A DNA stretch of 64,000 nucleotides from an archaeon. Its GTDB lineage: Archaea; EX4484-52; WAPT01. Under the pieces are notes generated by a model. The model saw only the letters and a list, made by a program, of their open reading frames with translations. It was not told the DNA's origin and searched no databases. The stretch is taken from the NCBI GenBank assembly GCA_029258795.1, contig JAPDKB010000008.1, positions 64,001 to 128,000 on the forward strand. The letters run 5' to 3'. Within the stretch, counting starts at the first letter, position 1; each line of letters opens with the position of its first letter. A program made the translations under genes and the position numbers. Below, in pieces: positions 48,231 to 57,727 of this stretch.

Positions 48231-48950
48231 TTGCCCGAAAAAAACAAGCTTGATGATGTTGAGATCAACAGATTGAAAGCCATCGTTGGAATGGGGGATA
48301 AATCTTCTTCTCAAGACGATGCCGGAAAGCTCGCTGAAGCACTTGAGAAGCTCGAGGGAGAGAAGAAAAAGCTTGAAGAGTTGAGGAAAAGTGTTGTGGC
48401 TACAAATGCTCCTCCCAAACCCCAGCGGGAAGTAAAAGAGAGTGCAGCTAGAATAGAGAGTGCTGCCAAAAAAGAGGAAAGTGCGGAGAAAAAAGTAAGG
48501 AGGGACGATGTTAAGCTGAGAGAGAGTGCAAAGAAGCTCGTGGAAAAGCTCAAAGAAAGTGGGAAAGTTGCTGAAAGAATTCAAACATCTGATGCTGGGC
48601 TGAGGATCGGTGGGGTGAAAAAATCCAATAAGGATCTTTTTGTCAAGATAGATGAGCATAGGGAAATAGCGGAGCAGCTTATCCTTGCAAAGGAAGCGAT
48701 AAAGGAAATAGCGGAAACAGTGGAGCTTCTTGCCAAAGCCGAGTCGATAAAGGAGGAAGCGATAAAGAGGTTGGAGGAAAGCTTGGATAAGATAGATCAT
48801 GCCTGGAAAAGGGCGCTTGAGCTTCTGGAGGAGGGAGACAAAACCTACCCCGAATATTATGATGAGAGCAGCACGATTAAGGGAGATGAGTACTACCAGC
48901 TCAAGGTGGAGCTGGAAAGGTTAAGGAAAATCCTGGAAAAGATAAAGTGA
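48231..48950 (+). CDS. coiled-coil hypothetical protein
   Basis: E/K-rich heptads; GAGGTGA RBS. Confidence 0.7.
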   Translation: MPEKNKLDDVEINRLKAIVGMGDKSSSQDDAGKLAEALEKLEGEKKKLEELRKSVVATNAPPKPQREVKESAARIESAAKKEESAEKKVRRDDVKLRESAKKLVEKLKESGKVAERIQTSDAGLRIGGVKKSNKDLFVKIDEHREIAEQLILAKEAIKEIAETVELLAKAESIKEEAIKRLEESLDKIDHAWKRALELLEEGDKTYPEYYDESSTIKGDEYYQLKVELERLRKILEKIK

Positions 48951-49039
48951 AATTAAAGATGGTGAGTAAGGATTGTTGTTCCTTCTGTGCTTTTCATCAA
49001 AACTTTAAAAATTAAGCCATGAAAATAATTCTGTTCTGT

Positions 49040-49230
49040 GCGGGGGTTGCCGAGCCTGGTCAAAGGCGCGGGACTCAAGGGCGCAGGGCTCTTGAGTGAT
49101 GAGCCAACACGGCAATGATATGATGTGCTGAGTTATCCCGTGGCTCAGTGCCTTCGTGGGTTCGAATGCTGCGGAGAAAGCTGAATAATTGCTGGAGGCT
49201 TCGCAGCTGAAAGTCCCACCCCCCGCACCA
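49040..49230 (+). tRNA. tRNA-Leu(CAA) with two introns (canonical 49080-49134; T-loop ~49166-49212)
   Basis: GCGGGGG/CCCCCGC, long variable arm, CT-CAA-G|A with BHB (CTCA/TGAG), CCA. Confidence 0.92.
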
Positions 49231-49318
49231 CACCTTATCTCCGCTTTTTCTTATGTTTGGATTTTTGGACTCTCGAGATACCCACAGTCATTTAAAGCTT
49301 ACTACCTCAACAATCCTC

Positions 49319-49948
49319 GTGCGGTTGCAGGTTGCGCTTGATTTTGTGAAGCTGGAAGATGCTTTGAAAGTTGCCAGTGCTGTTTCTCCATACGTGGATA
49401 TCCTGGAGGCGGGTACTCCCCTTATAAAAGCTGAGGGGATGAAGGCGGTAAGAGAGCTATCACAGCTTGGTCTGCCTGTCATGGCGGACATGAAAACAAT
49501 GGACACTGGCTATCTGGAAGTTGAGCTTGCAGCAGTCAATGATGCCAAAATAGTTAGCGTTATGGGCTTAGCGGATGATGCCACCATAGCTTCGGCAATG
49601 GAAGCCGCAAGGGATTACGGTGTTGAAATCATGGTGGATATGATGAATGCAATAAGTGAGGAAAACATAAAACGCGTCGCAGGTTTCAGACCGAATTATT
49701 TGCTGGTGCATGTTGGGATAGACCAGCAGGAAGCCGGAAAGAGCACGCTTGAACAGTTTGAGAAGATGGTGATGCTAGCTGGTAAGGATGTTAATTTTGC
49801 TGTTGCCGGCGGGCTGGATGAAGATGAGATAAAGAAACTTCCGAAAACCGAGAGGCTGGAAATTGTGGTGGTTGGCGGAGCGATAATAAGGAGGGAAAAC
49901 CCCGCAGAGAGGGCAAAGATAATCTCGGATGTGGTGAAAAGCATATGA
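49319..49948 (+). CDS. hps: 3-hexulose-6-phosphate synthase
   Basis: LQVALD, EAGTPLI, DMKTMD, HVGIDQQ, AGG. Confidence 0.92.
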   Translation: MRLQVALDFVKLEDALKVASAVSPYVDILEAGTPLIKAEGMKAVRELSQLGLPVMADMKTMDTGYLEVELAAVNDAKIVSVMGLADDATIASAMEAARDYGVEIMVDMMNAISEENIKRVAGFRPNYLLVHVGIDQQEAGKSTLEQFEKMVMLAGKDVNFAVAGGLDEDEIKKLPKTERLEIVVVGGAIIRRENPAERAKIISDVVKSI

Positions 49949-50544
49949 AGGTTTATAGGGTGGCTAGGGATTACCTTCTCAAGAGCATAGAGAAAAATCT
50001 GCGCAATGTGGATGAGGGCGCTGTCAACAAGTTTATAGAGCTGCTTGAGAAGGCGAAGACGGAGGGGAGGCGTGTCTTTCTCATCGGAGCTGGGAGAAGC
50101 GGTCTGGTGGCAAAGGCAGTGGGGATGAGACTGGTGCATCTGGATATTGAGGCTTATGTTGTTGGGGAGACCATCACAAGACCCCTGCACAAAGGAGATA
50201 TCGTCATTGCGATATCGGGATCAGGGGAGACGACTTCTGTTGCTTCAGTTGTTAAGAAGGCAAGGGAGCTTGGGGGTGTTGTGGTTGCGATAACCTCAAA
50301 GCCATCATCCACCATAGGAAAACTTGCGGACATCATGATAAAGCTTGAAAGTAAAAGGCCGGAGGATGATGAATCCAACTATCTTGTGAGGCAGATAGAG
50401 GAAAGGAAAGCTCCGATCTCACCGCTTGGAACTCTTTTTGAGCTTTCAGCACTCATTTTCCTTGACAGCATGATAAGCGAGCTTGGGGCCAGACTTGAGA
50501 TGGATGAGGAGGATATGAGAAAGAGGCACACGAACATAGAGTAA
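49945..50544 (+). CDS. phi: 6-phospho-3-hexuloisomerase
   Basis: GAGRSG, VGET, ISGSGET, PLGTLFE, RHTNIE. Confidence 0.92.
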   Translation: MKVYRVARDYLLKSIEKNLRNVDEGAVNKFIELLEKAKTEGRRVFLIGAGRSGLVAKAVGMRLVHLDIEAYVVGETITRPLHKGDIVIAISGSGETTSVASVVKKARELGGVVVAITSKPSSTIGKLADIMIKLESKRPEDDESNYLVRQIEERKAPISPLGTLFELSALIFLDSMISELGARLEMDEEDMRKRHTNIE

Positions 50545-50668
50545 CGGTTTAAGCTTTTACCCTAGTCAGTTCTGTAAATTTAATTGTTGGTAAAAACATC
50601 AAAAAAGCTTAGGTAAAAAGAAGGTAACTGTTCCTTCTGCAGATATTGATTGGGTTGAAGAATTTTAT

Positions 50669-50893
50669 TTGAAAAATGGTTATAAACCTGTCCAATTCTT
50701 AGTAAAAGTAAAAAAGGAAAAGCTTTCAAAAGATTATAAAAATAAAGGATATAAAATCCTAAATGAAAGAGCAGAAGGAAAATACAAAATATTTTACATA
50801 AACATAAGAAAGTATGATCCAAAATTAAGAGAAAGATTAAAGATATTATTTAATGCTGATGAAGTAATTTATATAATGGAAAAGAAGTTATAA
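50669..50893 (+). CDS. small AT-rich hypothetical protein
   Basis: 74-aa Lys-rich ORF in low-GC island. Confidence 0.4.
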   Translation: MKNGYKPVQFLVKVKKEKLSKDYKNKGYKILNERAEGKYKIFYINIRKYDPKLRERLKILFNADEVIYIMEKKL

Positions 50894-50966
50894 AATGTTC
50901 CTTCCACCAGAGCATCTGCAACTCTGCGCAAAATCAAAGATTTTGCTTGCCTCACTCCGTTCGGTC

Positions 50967-51061
50967 GTTGAACAAGCGTTATCAGGTTCGCCGGACGCTC
51001 ACGCTGGCTCACCCAAATTTGTGCCAAAGGCACAAACTTCTGATAACGCTATATGTTAAGT
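50967..51061 (-). mobile_element. attC-like integron cassette recombination site
   Basis: minus strand ACTTAAC ... GTTCAAC with inner inverted repeat GCGTTATCAG/CTGATAACGC and hairpin TTTGTGCC/GGCACAAA, 21 nt after the cassette gene stop. Confidence 0.7.
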
Positions 51062-51082
51062 CCAATCAGCCTCGGGGCGCAT

Positions 51083-51604
51083 TTAAAGAATGTTGAATTT
51101 AAAAAGAACAACAATAATTAAAAAAATTAAATTGAATAACATAAAGTAATTTTCTGAAATTCCTTTAATATTTTTGTCTTTAATTCTTTGCATCCATTTC
51201 TTTGAGTTTTCAGATTTAATGAATAAATTGTCTGGGATAAAAATTCCCAAACCTTCCTTTTTCTTTATCTTCAAAAATAGAGCAAAAGGATAAGTTTCAA
51301 AGACACATAAATAATCTAAGAAAATATGACTCGCATATGGAATTAAAACTAATATAAAGAAAATCTTATCTATCATACCAAGAATAAACGAAAGAAGTAA
51401 GCCAATTATAATCAAACCAAATGGCTCTTGAATCCATGTTCTTCTATGATACCATGGAGCTTTTTTGTTGAATTTATGATCATAATCTATTAAGATGCCA
51501 AATATTAAAGAAAACAAAATTGTGAGCAGTATATTGACTGAACTGAATGGAATAAGTAGTAAGCATACACCAATAGCAAAAATGAAATGGTTTAGCCAAT
51601 TCAT
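51083..51604 (-). CDS. membrane metal-dependent hydrolase (YdjM-like), cassette-borne
   Basis: N-terminal H, IDYDH, HRR, SHIFLD; very AT-rich. Confidence 0.75.
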   Translation of the reverse strand: MNWLNHFIFAIGVCLLLIPFSSVNILLTILFSLIFGILIDYDHKFNKKAPWYHRRTWIQEPFGLIIIGLLLSFILGMIDKIFFILVLIPYASHIFLDYLCVFETYPFALFLKIKKKEGLGIFIPDNLFIKSENSKKWMQRIKDKNIKGISENYFMLFNLIFLIIVVLFKFNIL

Positions 51605-51949
51605 TAAACATTAGTAAATTTGGATATTATAAACATTTAGTGCCCATCGGCTGACTTCTCCGAATTGCTTCACAATTCTCGACCGCTTCAAGTATTCGTG
51701 GGGACTTAACAGCAATTTAACGGAAAATCCCACTTTTTTATAAAGAAGTCCTGTTTCTATATAGCCTTGCAGGAATTTTCCCAAATTTCCCACGCTTCGC
51801 TTCGGTGCTAACGCACTCGGACAACAGGTGGATATGTGGTTCGCTTCGCTCACACAAATTTGCTCACTTCGTTGGATTTTTCCCAAGTTCGCCTTTAATG
51901 AACTTCATAAAACGAAATAGCCATACCAACGATAAGATTACAGAATTGC

Positions 51950-52276
51950 CTAGTCCTTCACCAGAATTTCTATCTCCTTCCCTTCAATAATGTCCACAAC
52001 ATCGTTGCAGAAAGGACATCTTATGAAGTGAACGTGAGCAGGGATGTCCACCTCTCCTTCATACCCGCAAGTCCTGCATCTTATTTTCGGCTTGATTTCG
52101 ATGAACTCCAGCTTTATTCTCTCAAGCGCTGTGCCTTTAATCATGCTTTCTATCGCGAACCTCACAAAATCAACATTACCATTCAGCTTGCTGAGCTTGA
52201 TGTACACTCTATTAGGGAGCTCTCCCATGTTCAGAAGGGAGTTGTATATTTTCTCCACAGTATCAAACTCATGCAT
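51950..52276 (-). CDS. hypA: hydrogenase nickel incorporation protein HypA
   Basis: MHE, CRTC, CPFC, GKE. Confidence 0.85.
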   Translation of the reverse strand: MHEFDTVEKIYNSLLNMGELPNRVYIKLSKLNGNVDFVRFAIESMIKGTALERIKLEFIEIKPKIRCRTCGYEGEVDIPAHVHFIRCPFCNDVVDIIEGKEIEILVKD

Positions 52277-52335
52277 AGTATCAATTATTATTCTCCATTG
52301 CATTATAAAAACTTTTATTCATAGGGAAATATAGC

Positions 52336-52737
52336 ATGAAGAAAAAAGAAAAAAACAGGAGCTCAATTCTCGTGCTGTGTGTGTATGCCTACGGTGTTGC
52401 AAGTGTCGTGTTCCCTTTGTTTGGAGGGATAGTACTCCTTCCAGTGTTCAATTATTTTTCAGTTGCGTTGCCCTTCCTAAAACACATGGCACAGCTATGG
52501 GCGTTTGTCGCGGGGCTCAACGCTTCAGCACTTTATCTGGCGAGAGAAGGCTATACCGAGCTAGCAAGAAAAATTTTCAATTTTGCAACGATTGCCGGCA
52601 TAGTTACTTTTGCTGCTTTCGGCATAGCACCGTTCTTATCCATACTTGCATCAAGCCACGTCAGCTTTTATGAGAAAGTGGTGCGCCATGAAAAGAAGCG
52701 TGATCATGTGCATAGGAAACGAGTTAAGAGGAGATGA
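52336..52737 (+). CDS. hypothetical membrane protein
   Basis: 3 hydrophobic segments. Confidence 0.5.
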   Translation: MKKKEKNRSSILVLCVYAYGVASVVFPLFGGIVLLPVFNYFSVALPFLKHMAQLWAFVAGLNASALYLAREGYTELARKIFNFATIAGIVTFAAFGIAPFLSILASSHVSFYEKVVRHEKKRDHVHRKRVKRR

Positions 52738-53113
52738 TGGCGTAGCTCTTCTGTTTTACGACATGCTGAAGAGAGATGAAGAGGTAAGCGGGATTGCAGA
52801 TGTGGTTAAGATTGGTTCAGCGCTAACAATCAAACCAGCAGAAAATGCTGAGAAAATCATTGTGATTGATGCTGTGGATTTTGGTGGAGAGGTGGGAGAG
52901 GTGAAGGTGTTAGAGCTGGATGATTTGGATGAGGTAGCGGGCTTCACCCACAAACCCTCCCTAAGGATAATGTTGGGCTCGTTGAACACGAGAGATGTGT
53001 ATATAGTAGGGATTCAGCCGAAGAATTTAGGGATTGGAGAGGAAATAAGTGAGGAATGTCTGAGCGCTTATGATAAGGTAAGGAGTGTCATCCTCCAAAT
53101 TCTTTCATCCTGA
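52688..53113 (+). CDS. hycI: hydrogenase maturation protease
   Basis: IGNELRGDDG, IDAVD, TH, GIQP. Confidence 0.88.
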   Translation: MKRSVIMCIGNELRGDDGVALLFYDMLKRDEEVSGIADVVKIGSALTIKPAENAEKIIVIDAVDFGGEVGEVKVLELDDLDEVAGFTHKPSLRIMLGSLNTRDVYIVGIQPKNLGIGEEISEECLSAYDKVRSVILQILSS

Positions 53114-53425
53114 CGCGTATTTTTTTCTGAGTTCCTCGATCATGGATACAAGGGGCTTCACGTCCTCCATGACCTCGGGGTGTGTGTTCTCAAGCTCCTT
53201 CAGCGCGTTTTCGTAAACCATCCGCGGGAGCTCGCCATCTCTCTTCATCTCCATTAGATAGGAGGCGTAGCTCCTCACAGCGTACATGAACTCGCGCAAA
53301 CTCTCAACTCTTATCTCATCCACCAGCGGCATCCAGGCCTCAAGCACAAAATTGTTGAGTTCTGCAAGCGTTATCAGCTTCCTTATCGTTCTCCTATCCT
53401 CTTCACTTACCTTCAGCTTTACCAC
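53105..53425 (-). CDS. hypothetical protein at end of mbh operon
   Basis: overlaps mbhN stop. Confidence 0.6.
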   Translation of the reverse strand: MVKLKVSEEDRRTIRKLITLAELNNFVLEAWMPLVDEIRVESLREFMYAVRSYASYLMEMKRDGELPRMVYENALKELENTHPEVMEDVKPLVSMIEELRKKYASG

Positions 53426-53777
53426 CTCCTGCCTTGAAATGCACCACCCTCGGCATCTCGGTTAATCTGGGGTGCACCATACTGAAGTGTTTTGTGAGGT
53501 GGATTGCATTTGCCTTTATCACCTCGCTGCACACTTCTTGGCATGCTCCACAATATATGCATTTTTTCATATCATAGCTCCAGCTTTTGTTGGGCTCGAC
53601 CTTTATTGCTCCTGTGGGACATACGCGCTGGCATGCTCCACAATATATGCATTTTTCAGGTAGATGGTAGAGCTTGCCCCTGAACCCATCCGGCACCCTA
53701 GCTCCTTCGTAAGGATAAAGCCGGGTGGCATATTTCCTGAGCATTGAAGTGAAAACGTGCCTGAAGAGTTTAAACAT
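53403..53777 (-). CDS. mbhN: Mbh 2[4Fe-4S] subunit (NuoI-like)
   Basis: two CIYCGAC..C motifs, FRGK. Confidence 0.85.
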   Translation of the reverse strand: MFKLFRHVFTSMLRKYATRLYPYEGARVPDGFRGKLYHLPEKCIYCGACQRVCPTGAIKVEPNKSWSYDMKKCIYCGACQEVCSEVIKANAIHLTKHFSMVHPRLTEMPRVVHFKAGGGKAEGK

Positions 53778-54642
53778 AAACCCTCACCAAAATGACCATT
53801 GCTACTAATATTGTCAGGAGTGCATATATTTTTAGCGTGTTCTTTATCCTCGTTCTTGCGAGAGATGCCCTCACTGCAGAAAGGAAAAGAACAATTGCTA
53901 TGGATGCGAGTAAAAATTGAAGAAAGGGGAGGGGTCCGTTGAGATATAGTAAGATGAAGAGAGATATGAGAGTGTAGAGCTTCAGATAGGTCACCATCTC
54001 CGTAATTGCGTAAGGCACAGAGGAGAATTCTGTTGCGTATCCAGTCACTATCTCCTGATGCGCGTTAGGAATGTTGAAGGGCTGAAGGTTGAGCTGTGGA
54101 AGGATGGTGAGGAGGTACACCACACCCAAAAACGGAAACACAGTGATCAGATTTTCGTTGATAGCTAAAGGAATGGTCATATCCCTTGCCACATAATATG
54201 CTGGCCAGAGTGTTGTAAGGAGAAACGCCCCTTCAAAAGACAGGAATTGTACAAGAGCCCGCATCCCTCCTATCTCGCTGAACGCGCTAAAGCTACCCAA
54301 CCCCGCAAAGGTAACGAAAAGGTAAGCTGCAGAGAGGAGCAGCACAACAAGTATGATATTTGTTTGTGCGGAATAAATGCTGTTTTTGAAGGGCACCACC
54401 ATCAAACATGCAAGCGCTGCTGACAATAAAGCAAAACTCAGCCAGATTTCGTGGTTTGATGCCCTGTAGGACAGGTTTTCCTTTCCCATCAGCTTTATCA
54501 GGTCATATAACGGCTGGAGGAGTGGTGGGCCCTTTCGATTCTGCATCCTCGCAACGAGCTTTCTGTGCAGTCCAAACAAAAACGTGCTGTACAATAAGGC
54601 AAAGAGCAGGTAAAGTAAAGCGCTTGCAACCTCAGCGAGCAT
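53770..54642 (-). CDS. mbhM: Mbh membrane subunit (NuoH-like)
   Basis: RKLVARMQNRKGPP..QP..D..KL, PFN, GYATEFS. Confidence 0.88.
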   Translation of the reverse strand: MLAEVASALLYLLFALLYSTFLFGLHRKLVARMQNRKGPPLLQPLYDLIKLMGKENLSYRASNHEIWLSFALLSAALACLMVVPFKNSIYSAQTNIILVVLLLSAAYLFVTFAGLGSFSAFSEIGGMRALVQFLSFEGAFLLTTLWPAYYVARDMTIPLAINENLITVFPFLGVVYLLTILPQLNLQPFNIPNAHQEIVTGYATEFSSVPYAITEMVTYLKLYTLISLFILLYLNGPLPFLQFLLASIAIVLFLSAVRASLARTRIKNTLKIYALLTILVAMVILVRVYV

Positions 54643-56269
54643 CCTTACTCAACCTCCTGAGATCATCCATGGTCAGCACATCCTTGCTATCACGCCTGAC
54701 ATCAACAACCATCACTCTCTCGCAGCACGAAAAGCAGGGATCTATGGAAGCTATTATTACGGGCACGTCCGCAAGGTGCTGGTTTTTAAGCATGAAGGAC
54801 AACAACTGAAAGTTTGTAAGGGTGGGGGTTCTCACCTTTATCCTGTGGGGTTTATCAGTACCATTACCCTTAATGTAGTAGAAGAGCTCACCTCTCGGAG
54901 CCTCCGTCCTGTTTGTCTGCTCCACATCCTCCAAGCGGAAGGCGGGGAGGGGTTTTTCCTTTATCTTTCCCTCCGGCATGCTGGATGCTGCTTCCTCAAT
55001 TATCCTTGTGCTCTCCACAATCTCCTTTATTCTCACAAGAGTTGAGGAAAGCACATCACAACCTTTCTCAACAACAACACTCCAGCTTATGGAGTCATAA
55101 GCGGCATATCCATCGGACCTGACATCAAATTTTATGCCGCATGCTCTCATGTTGGGTCCTGTCGCAAATCTTTCCGCAACCAGTTTGCTTATCTTTCCCA
55201 CATTCTCCATTCTGCTCAGCAAGCTTTTGTCCGAGCTGAAAATGTTGAGGTAGTGTTCTGCTCTATTTCTTATCTTGCGAGCTGTCTCCCTCAACCTTTT
55301 CAACTGCTCTTTGTTCACATCTCTCCTCACACCACCTATCGTGCTCATTCCGTAATTTATCCTGTTACCGCTTATCTCCTCCAATCTGTCCAGCACCATC
55401 TCCCTATCCCTAAAAATGTAATTGAAGAGAGTGTCCTGCCCCATCTCGTATGCAAATATGCCCAGCCATAACATGTGGGAGTGGATTCTTTCGAGCTCAA
55501 GAACCAATGTTCTTATATATTCTGCTCTCTCCGGAGCTTGAATTCCTGCAGCCCTCTCCAGACAAGCAGTATAGCATACGGTGTGGACGCCACTACATAT
55601 CCCGCATATTCTCTCTATGAGAAATATGTCCTGGAGGTAGTTCTTCTGTTCCGCAAGTTTCTCTATGCCTCTGTGCACATAGCCCAGATTGATTTTGGCG
55701 TTGAGCACAACCTCATCCTCCACTTCCAGAACAAAGTTCTCTGGCTCGAGCAGTGCTGGATGCTGCGGTCCTATTGGAATCAGGCAGGATGTTCTGGAAC
55801 TCTTTGAGGTTATGATCTCGTGCTCATCCTTCTTTTCCACCTTTTTCTCGTGGAAAGGGGATTTCACATCGTGGAGTAGGAGACCTTCCTTTTCTTTGGA
55901 TGTTCTTGTGTCCACCATCCTTATTCCAAACATCTCAGCAAACTCTCTCTCAAAAGCATCAGCTTCCGGAAAATAATTTGTTATTGAGTTCATGCTTTCC
56001 GGCTTTTCCTCCATCCTGCATTTCAGCGTCAGTATGCAGTAGGGATTTGAGAAGTGGTAGAGAAGGATAAAGCTTCCATCATTCTCAAAATATCCGTTTA
56101 CAGCCACAGCCCTGAACTCATCCTCTCTTCCCGCAAGCGTTTTTATCATCCTTTCCATCTTCTCCGGCTTGACCTCCACGATCATGTCCCTCCCATCGTC
56201 TTTCAGCACTGAGCCATTTCTCTTCAACCATCTTAACAATGCCTGTTTGTTAAACGTCCTGAGCTTCAT
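54632..56269 (-). CDS. mbhL: group 4 [NiFe] hydrogenase large subunit fused to NuoC-like (MbhK+MbhL)
   Basis: ERE.AEMFG N-domain; GPQHP, HRGIEK, RICGIC, EAPRGE, DPCFSC + C-terminal extension. Confidence 0.9.
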   Translation of the reverse strand: MKLRTFNKQALLRWLKRNGSVLKDDGRDMIVEVKPEKMERMIKTLAGREDEFRAVAVNGYFENDGSFILLYHFSNPYCILTLKCRMEEKPESMNSITNYFPEADAFEREFAEMFGIRMVDTRTSKEKEGLLLHDVKSPFHEKKVEKKDEHEIITSKSSRTSCLIPIGPQHPALLEPENFVLEVEDEVVLNAKINLGYVHRGIEKLAEQKNYLQDIFLIERICGICSGVHTVCYTACLERAAGIQAPERAEYIRTLVLELERIHSHMLWLGIFAYEMGQDTLFNYIFRDREMVLDRLEEISGNRINYGMSTIGGVRRDVNKEQLKRLRETARKIRNRAEHYLNIFSSDKSLLSRMENVGKISKLVAERFATGPNMRACGIKFDVRSDGYAAYDSISWSVVVEKGCDVLSSTLVRIKEIVESTRIIEEAASSMPEGKIKEKPLPAFRLEDVEQTNRTEAPRGELFYYIKGNGTDKPHRIKVRTPTLTNFQLLSFMLKNQHLADVPVIIASIDPCFSCCERVMVVDVRRDSKDVLTMDDLRRLSKDAR

Positions 56270-56270
56270 A

Positions 56271-56948
56271 TCAACACCCTTTTATTATCGTGCCGACAGG
56301 ATGATTATCCACAACCCTCAAGAGATTGTTAACGTCCTTTCCGTTGAATATGATTAGAGGGATGTTGTGTTTTTCCAGCAAATCTATGGCTGAAAGGTCG
56401 AAAAGTGCGTATTTGCCTGGGGATTGCTCCTCCTTGCTAAGTATTTTCCTCATCTCATCGTAAGTTGCCTCTCGCAGAAGCTCAGCACCCTCTTCCTCTG
56501 GATTTTTTGTGTACAGTCCATCAACCTTGGTCGCGTTGAGCACGACATCAGCATCAAGCATGGTTGCAATGTCTGCAGCCACCTTATCTGTGCTCTGCCC
56601 GGGCTTCATACCACCACATACCACAAACCCCGTCTGTTTTGCCGCTTCCACGACCTCCTCACAGCTTTCAGGCACTCTTGAACTCAAGTTCAGCAGCATG
56701 GAAAGCAGGAGAGCGTTCACTCTCGTTACCGCTATCCCCATTATATCCTGTTTTTCCTCATCAAGCCCGCAGTTCCTTGCCATTTCTATGTAATCTCTCG
56801 CATAACTCCCGCCTCCAGCCACCGCAACAAGCACCTCCACCTTATTTTTCAGGGTGGAAAGCGCTTCAGCATATTTTTTGAACATGCTTCCATCCTTTTC
56901 CATCAACAAAAGTCCACCGCTTATCGACACCACCACTCTCCCCCACAT
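56271..56948 (-). CDS. pyrH: UMP kinase
   Basis: SISGG, GGG..AR, D..GI..TR.NA, PGQSTD, VDGLY. Confidence 0.9.
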   Translation of the reverse strand: MWGRVVVSISGGLLLMEKDGSMFKKYAEALSTLKNKVEVLVAVAGGGSYARDYIEMARNCGLDEEKQDIMGIAVTRVNALLLSMLLNLSSRVPESCEEVVEAAKQTGFVVCGGMKPGQSTDKVAADIATMLDADVVLNATKVDGLYTKNPEEEGAELLREATYDEMRKILSKEEQSPGKYALFDLSAIDLLEKHNIPLIIFNGKDVNNLLRVVDNHPVGTIIKGC

Positions 56949-56953
56949 CCCTA

Positions 56954-57436
56954 TCACCTGCAGCTTGCATCCCTCATTTTCAATCCATCCTTGTTTGTTT
57001 CGAAACGCTTTATCCATATTTCGATGGTTTTCATCAATCCGTCTATTATCGCTTCTGGTTTTGGGGGGCATCCATGAACATAAACATCAACGGGGATGTG
57101 CTTGTGCACTGGCCCAACGATGTTGTAAGATCCATTGAACACGCCGCAGCTTGTGGTGCAGGTGCCCACCGCAAGCACCGCTTTTGGATGGGGCATCTGG
57201 TCATAAATTCTTTTGAGGCGTGGCGCTATCTTTCTGTTCACAGCACCAGTTACAACCAGTATGTCTCCCTGCCTCGGATTGCCCTTCTCCAGCACACCAA
57301 ATCTCTCAACATCGTATTTTGCGGAGAGTAGGGTGAATATTTCCACATCACATCCATTACACCCACCAGTATCAAGATGTATTATCCATGGCGATTTCTT
57401 TGCGGCTTTCATCACAATCTTGGCAACGAAATCCAT
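56954..57436 (-). CDS. mbhJ: Mbh small subunit (NuoB-like)
   Basis: GGCNGCDVE, VTG, GTC, GCPPKP. Confidence 0.9.
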   Translation of the reverse strand: MDFVAKIVMKAAKKSPWIIHLDTGGCNGCDVEIFTLLSAKYDVERFGVLEKGNPRQGDILVVTGAVNRKIAPRLKRIYDQMPHPKAVLAVGTCTTSCGVFNGSYNIVGPVHKHIPVDVYVHGCPPKPEAIIDGLMKTIEIWIKRFETNKDGLKMRDASCR

Positions 57437-57720
57437 ACGAGCACCACCATCGTTGCAAGGACAAGCAATATGTATATTATCATCCTGTTCATATTTTCGT
57501 TTCCAATCCTTCTATTCTTTATCACGCTGATTCTGTATGCTCGGTTGTGCACCACCAGTCTTTCCGTCTCTCCGCACAGATACATGGAAGATGCGTCCTC
57601 CACAAGATTGGCAGGATTCTTCCTTCTCTCCATCAGAAAGATTGCCAGAGTAACTATAAATAGACAAATGATTGCCTGCACTCCGATGTTCTCGAGTGGA
57701 ATAGCAGTTTCATCCATCAT
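57412..57720 (-). CDS. mbhI: Mbh subunit I-like
   Basis: two TM helices, YLCGE. Confidence 0.65.
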   Translation of the reverse strand: MMDETAIPLENIGVQAIICLFIVTLAIFLMERRKNPANLVEDASSMYLCGETERLVVHNRAYRISVIKNRRIGNENMNRMIIYILLVLATMVVLVWISLPRL

Positions 57721-57727
57721 TCACACA

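Noticed and set aside
49128-49131. CTGA near the intron end as an independent D box
   Set aside because: Explained by the BHB central helix pairing with CTCA of the anticodon loop
51611-51886. 91-aa ORF in the cassette region
   Set aside because: Runs through palindromic attC-like sequence and has no protein-like features
54632-56269. Mbx/Mbs or complex I instead of a hydrogenase
   Set aside because: Both CxxC Ni-binding motifs are intact and maturation genes are adjacent
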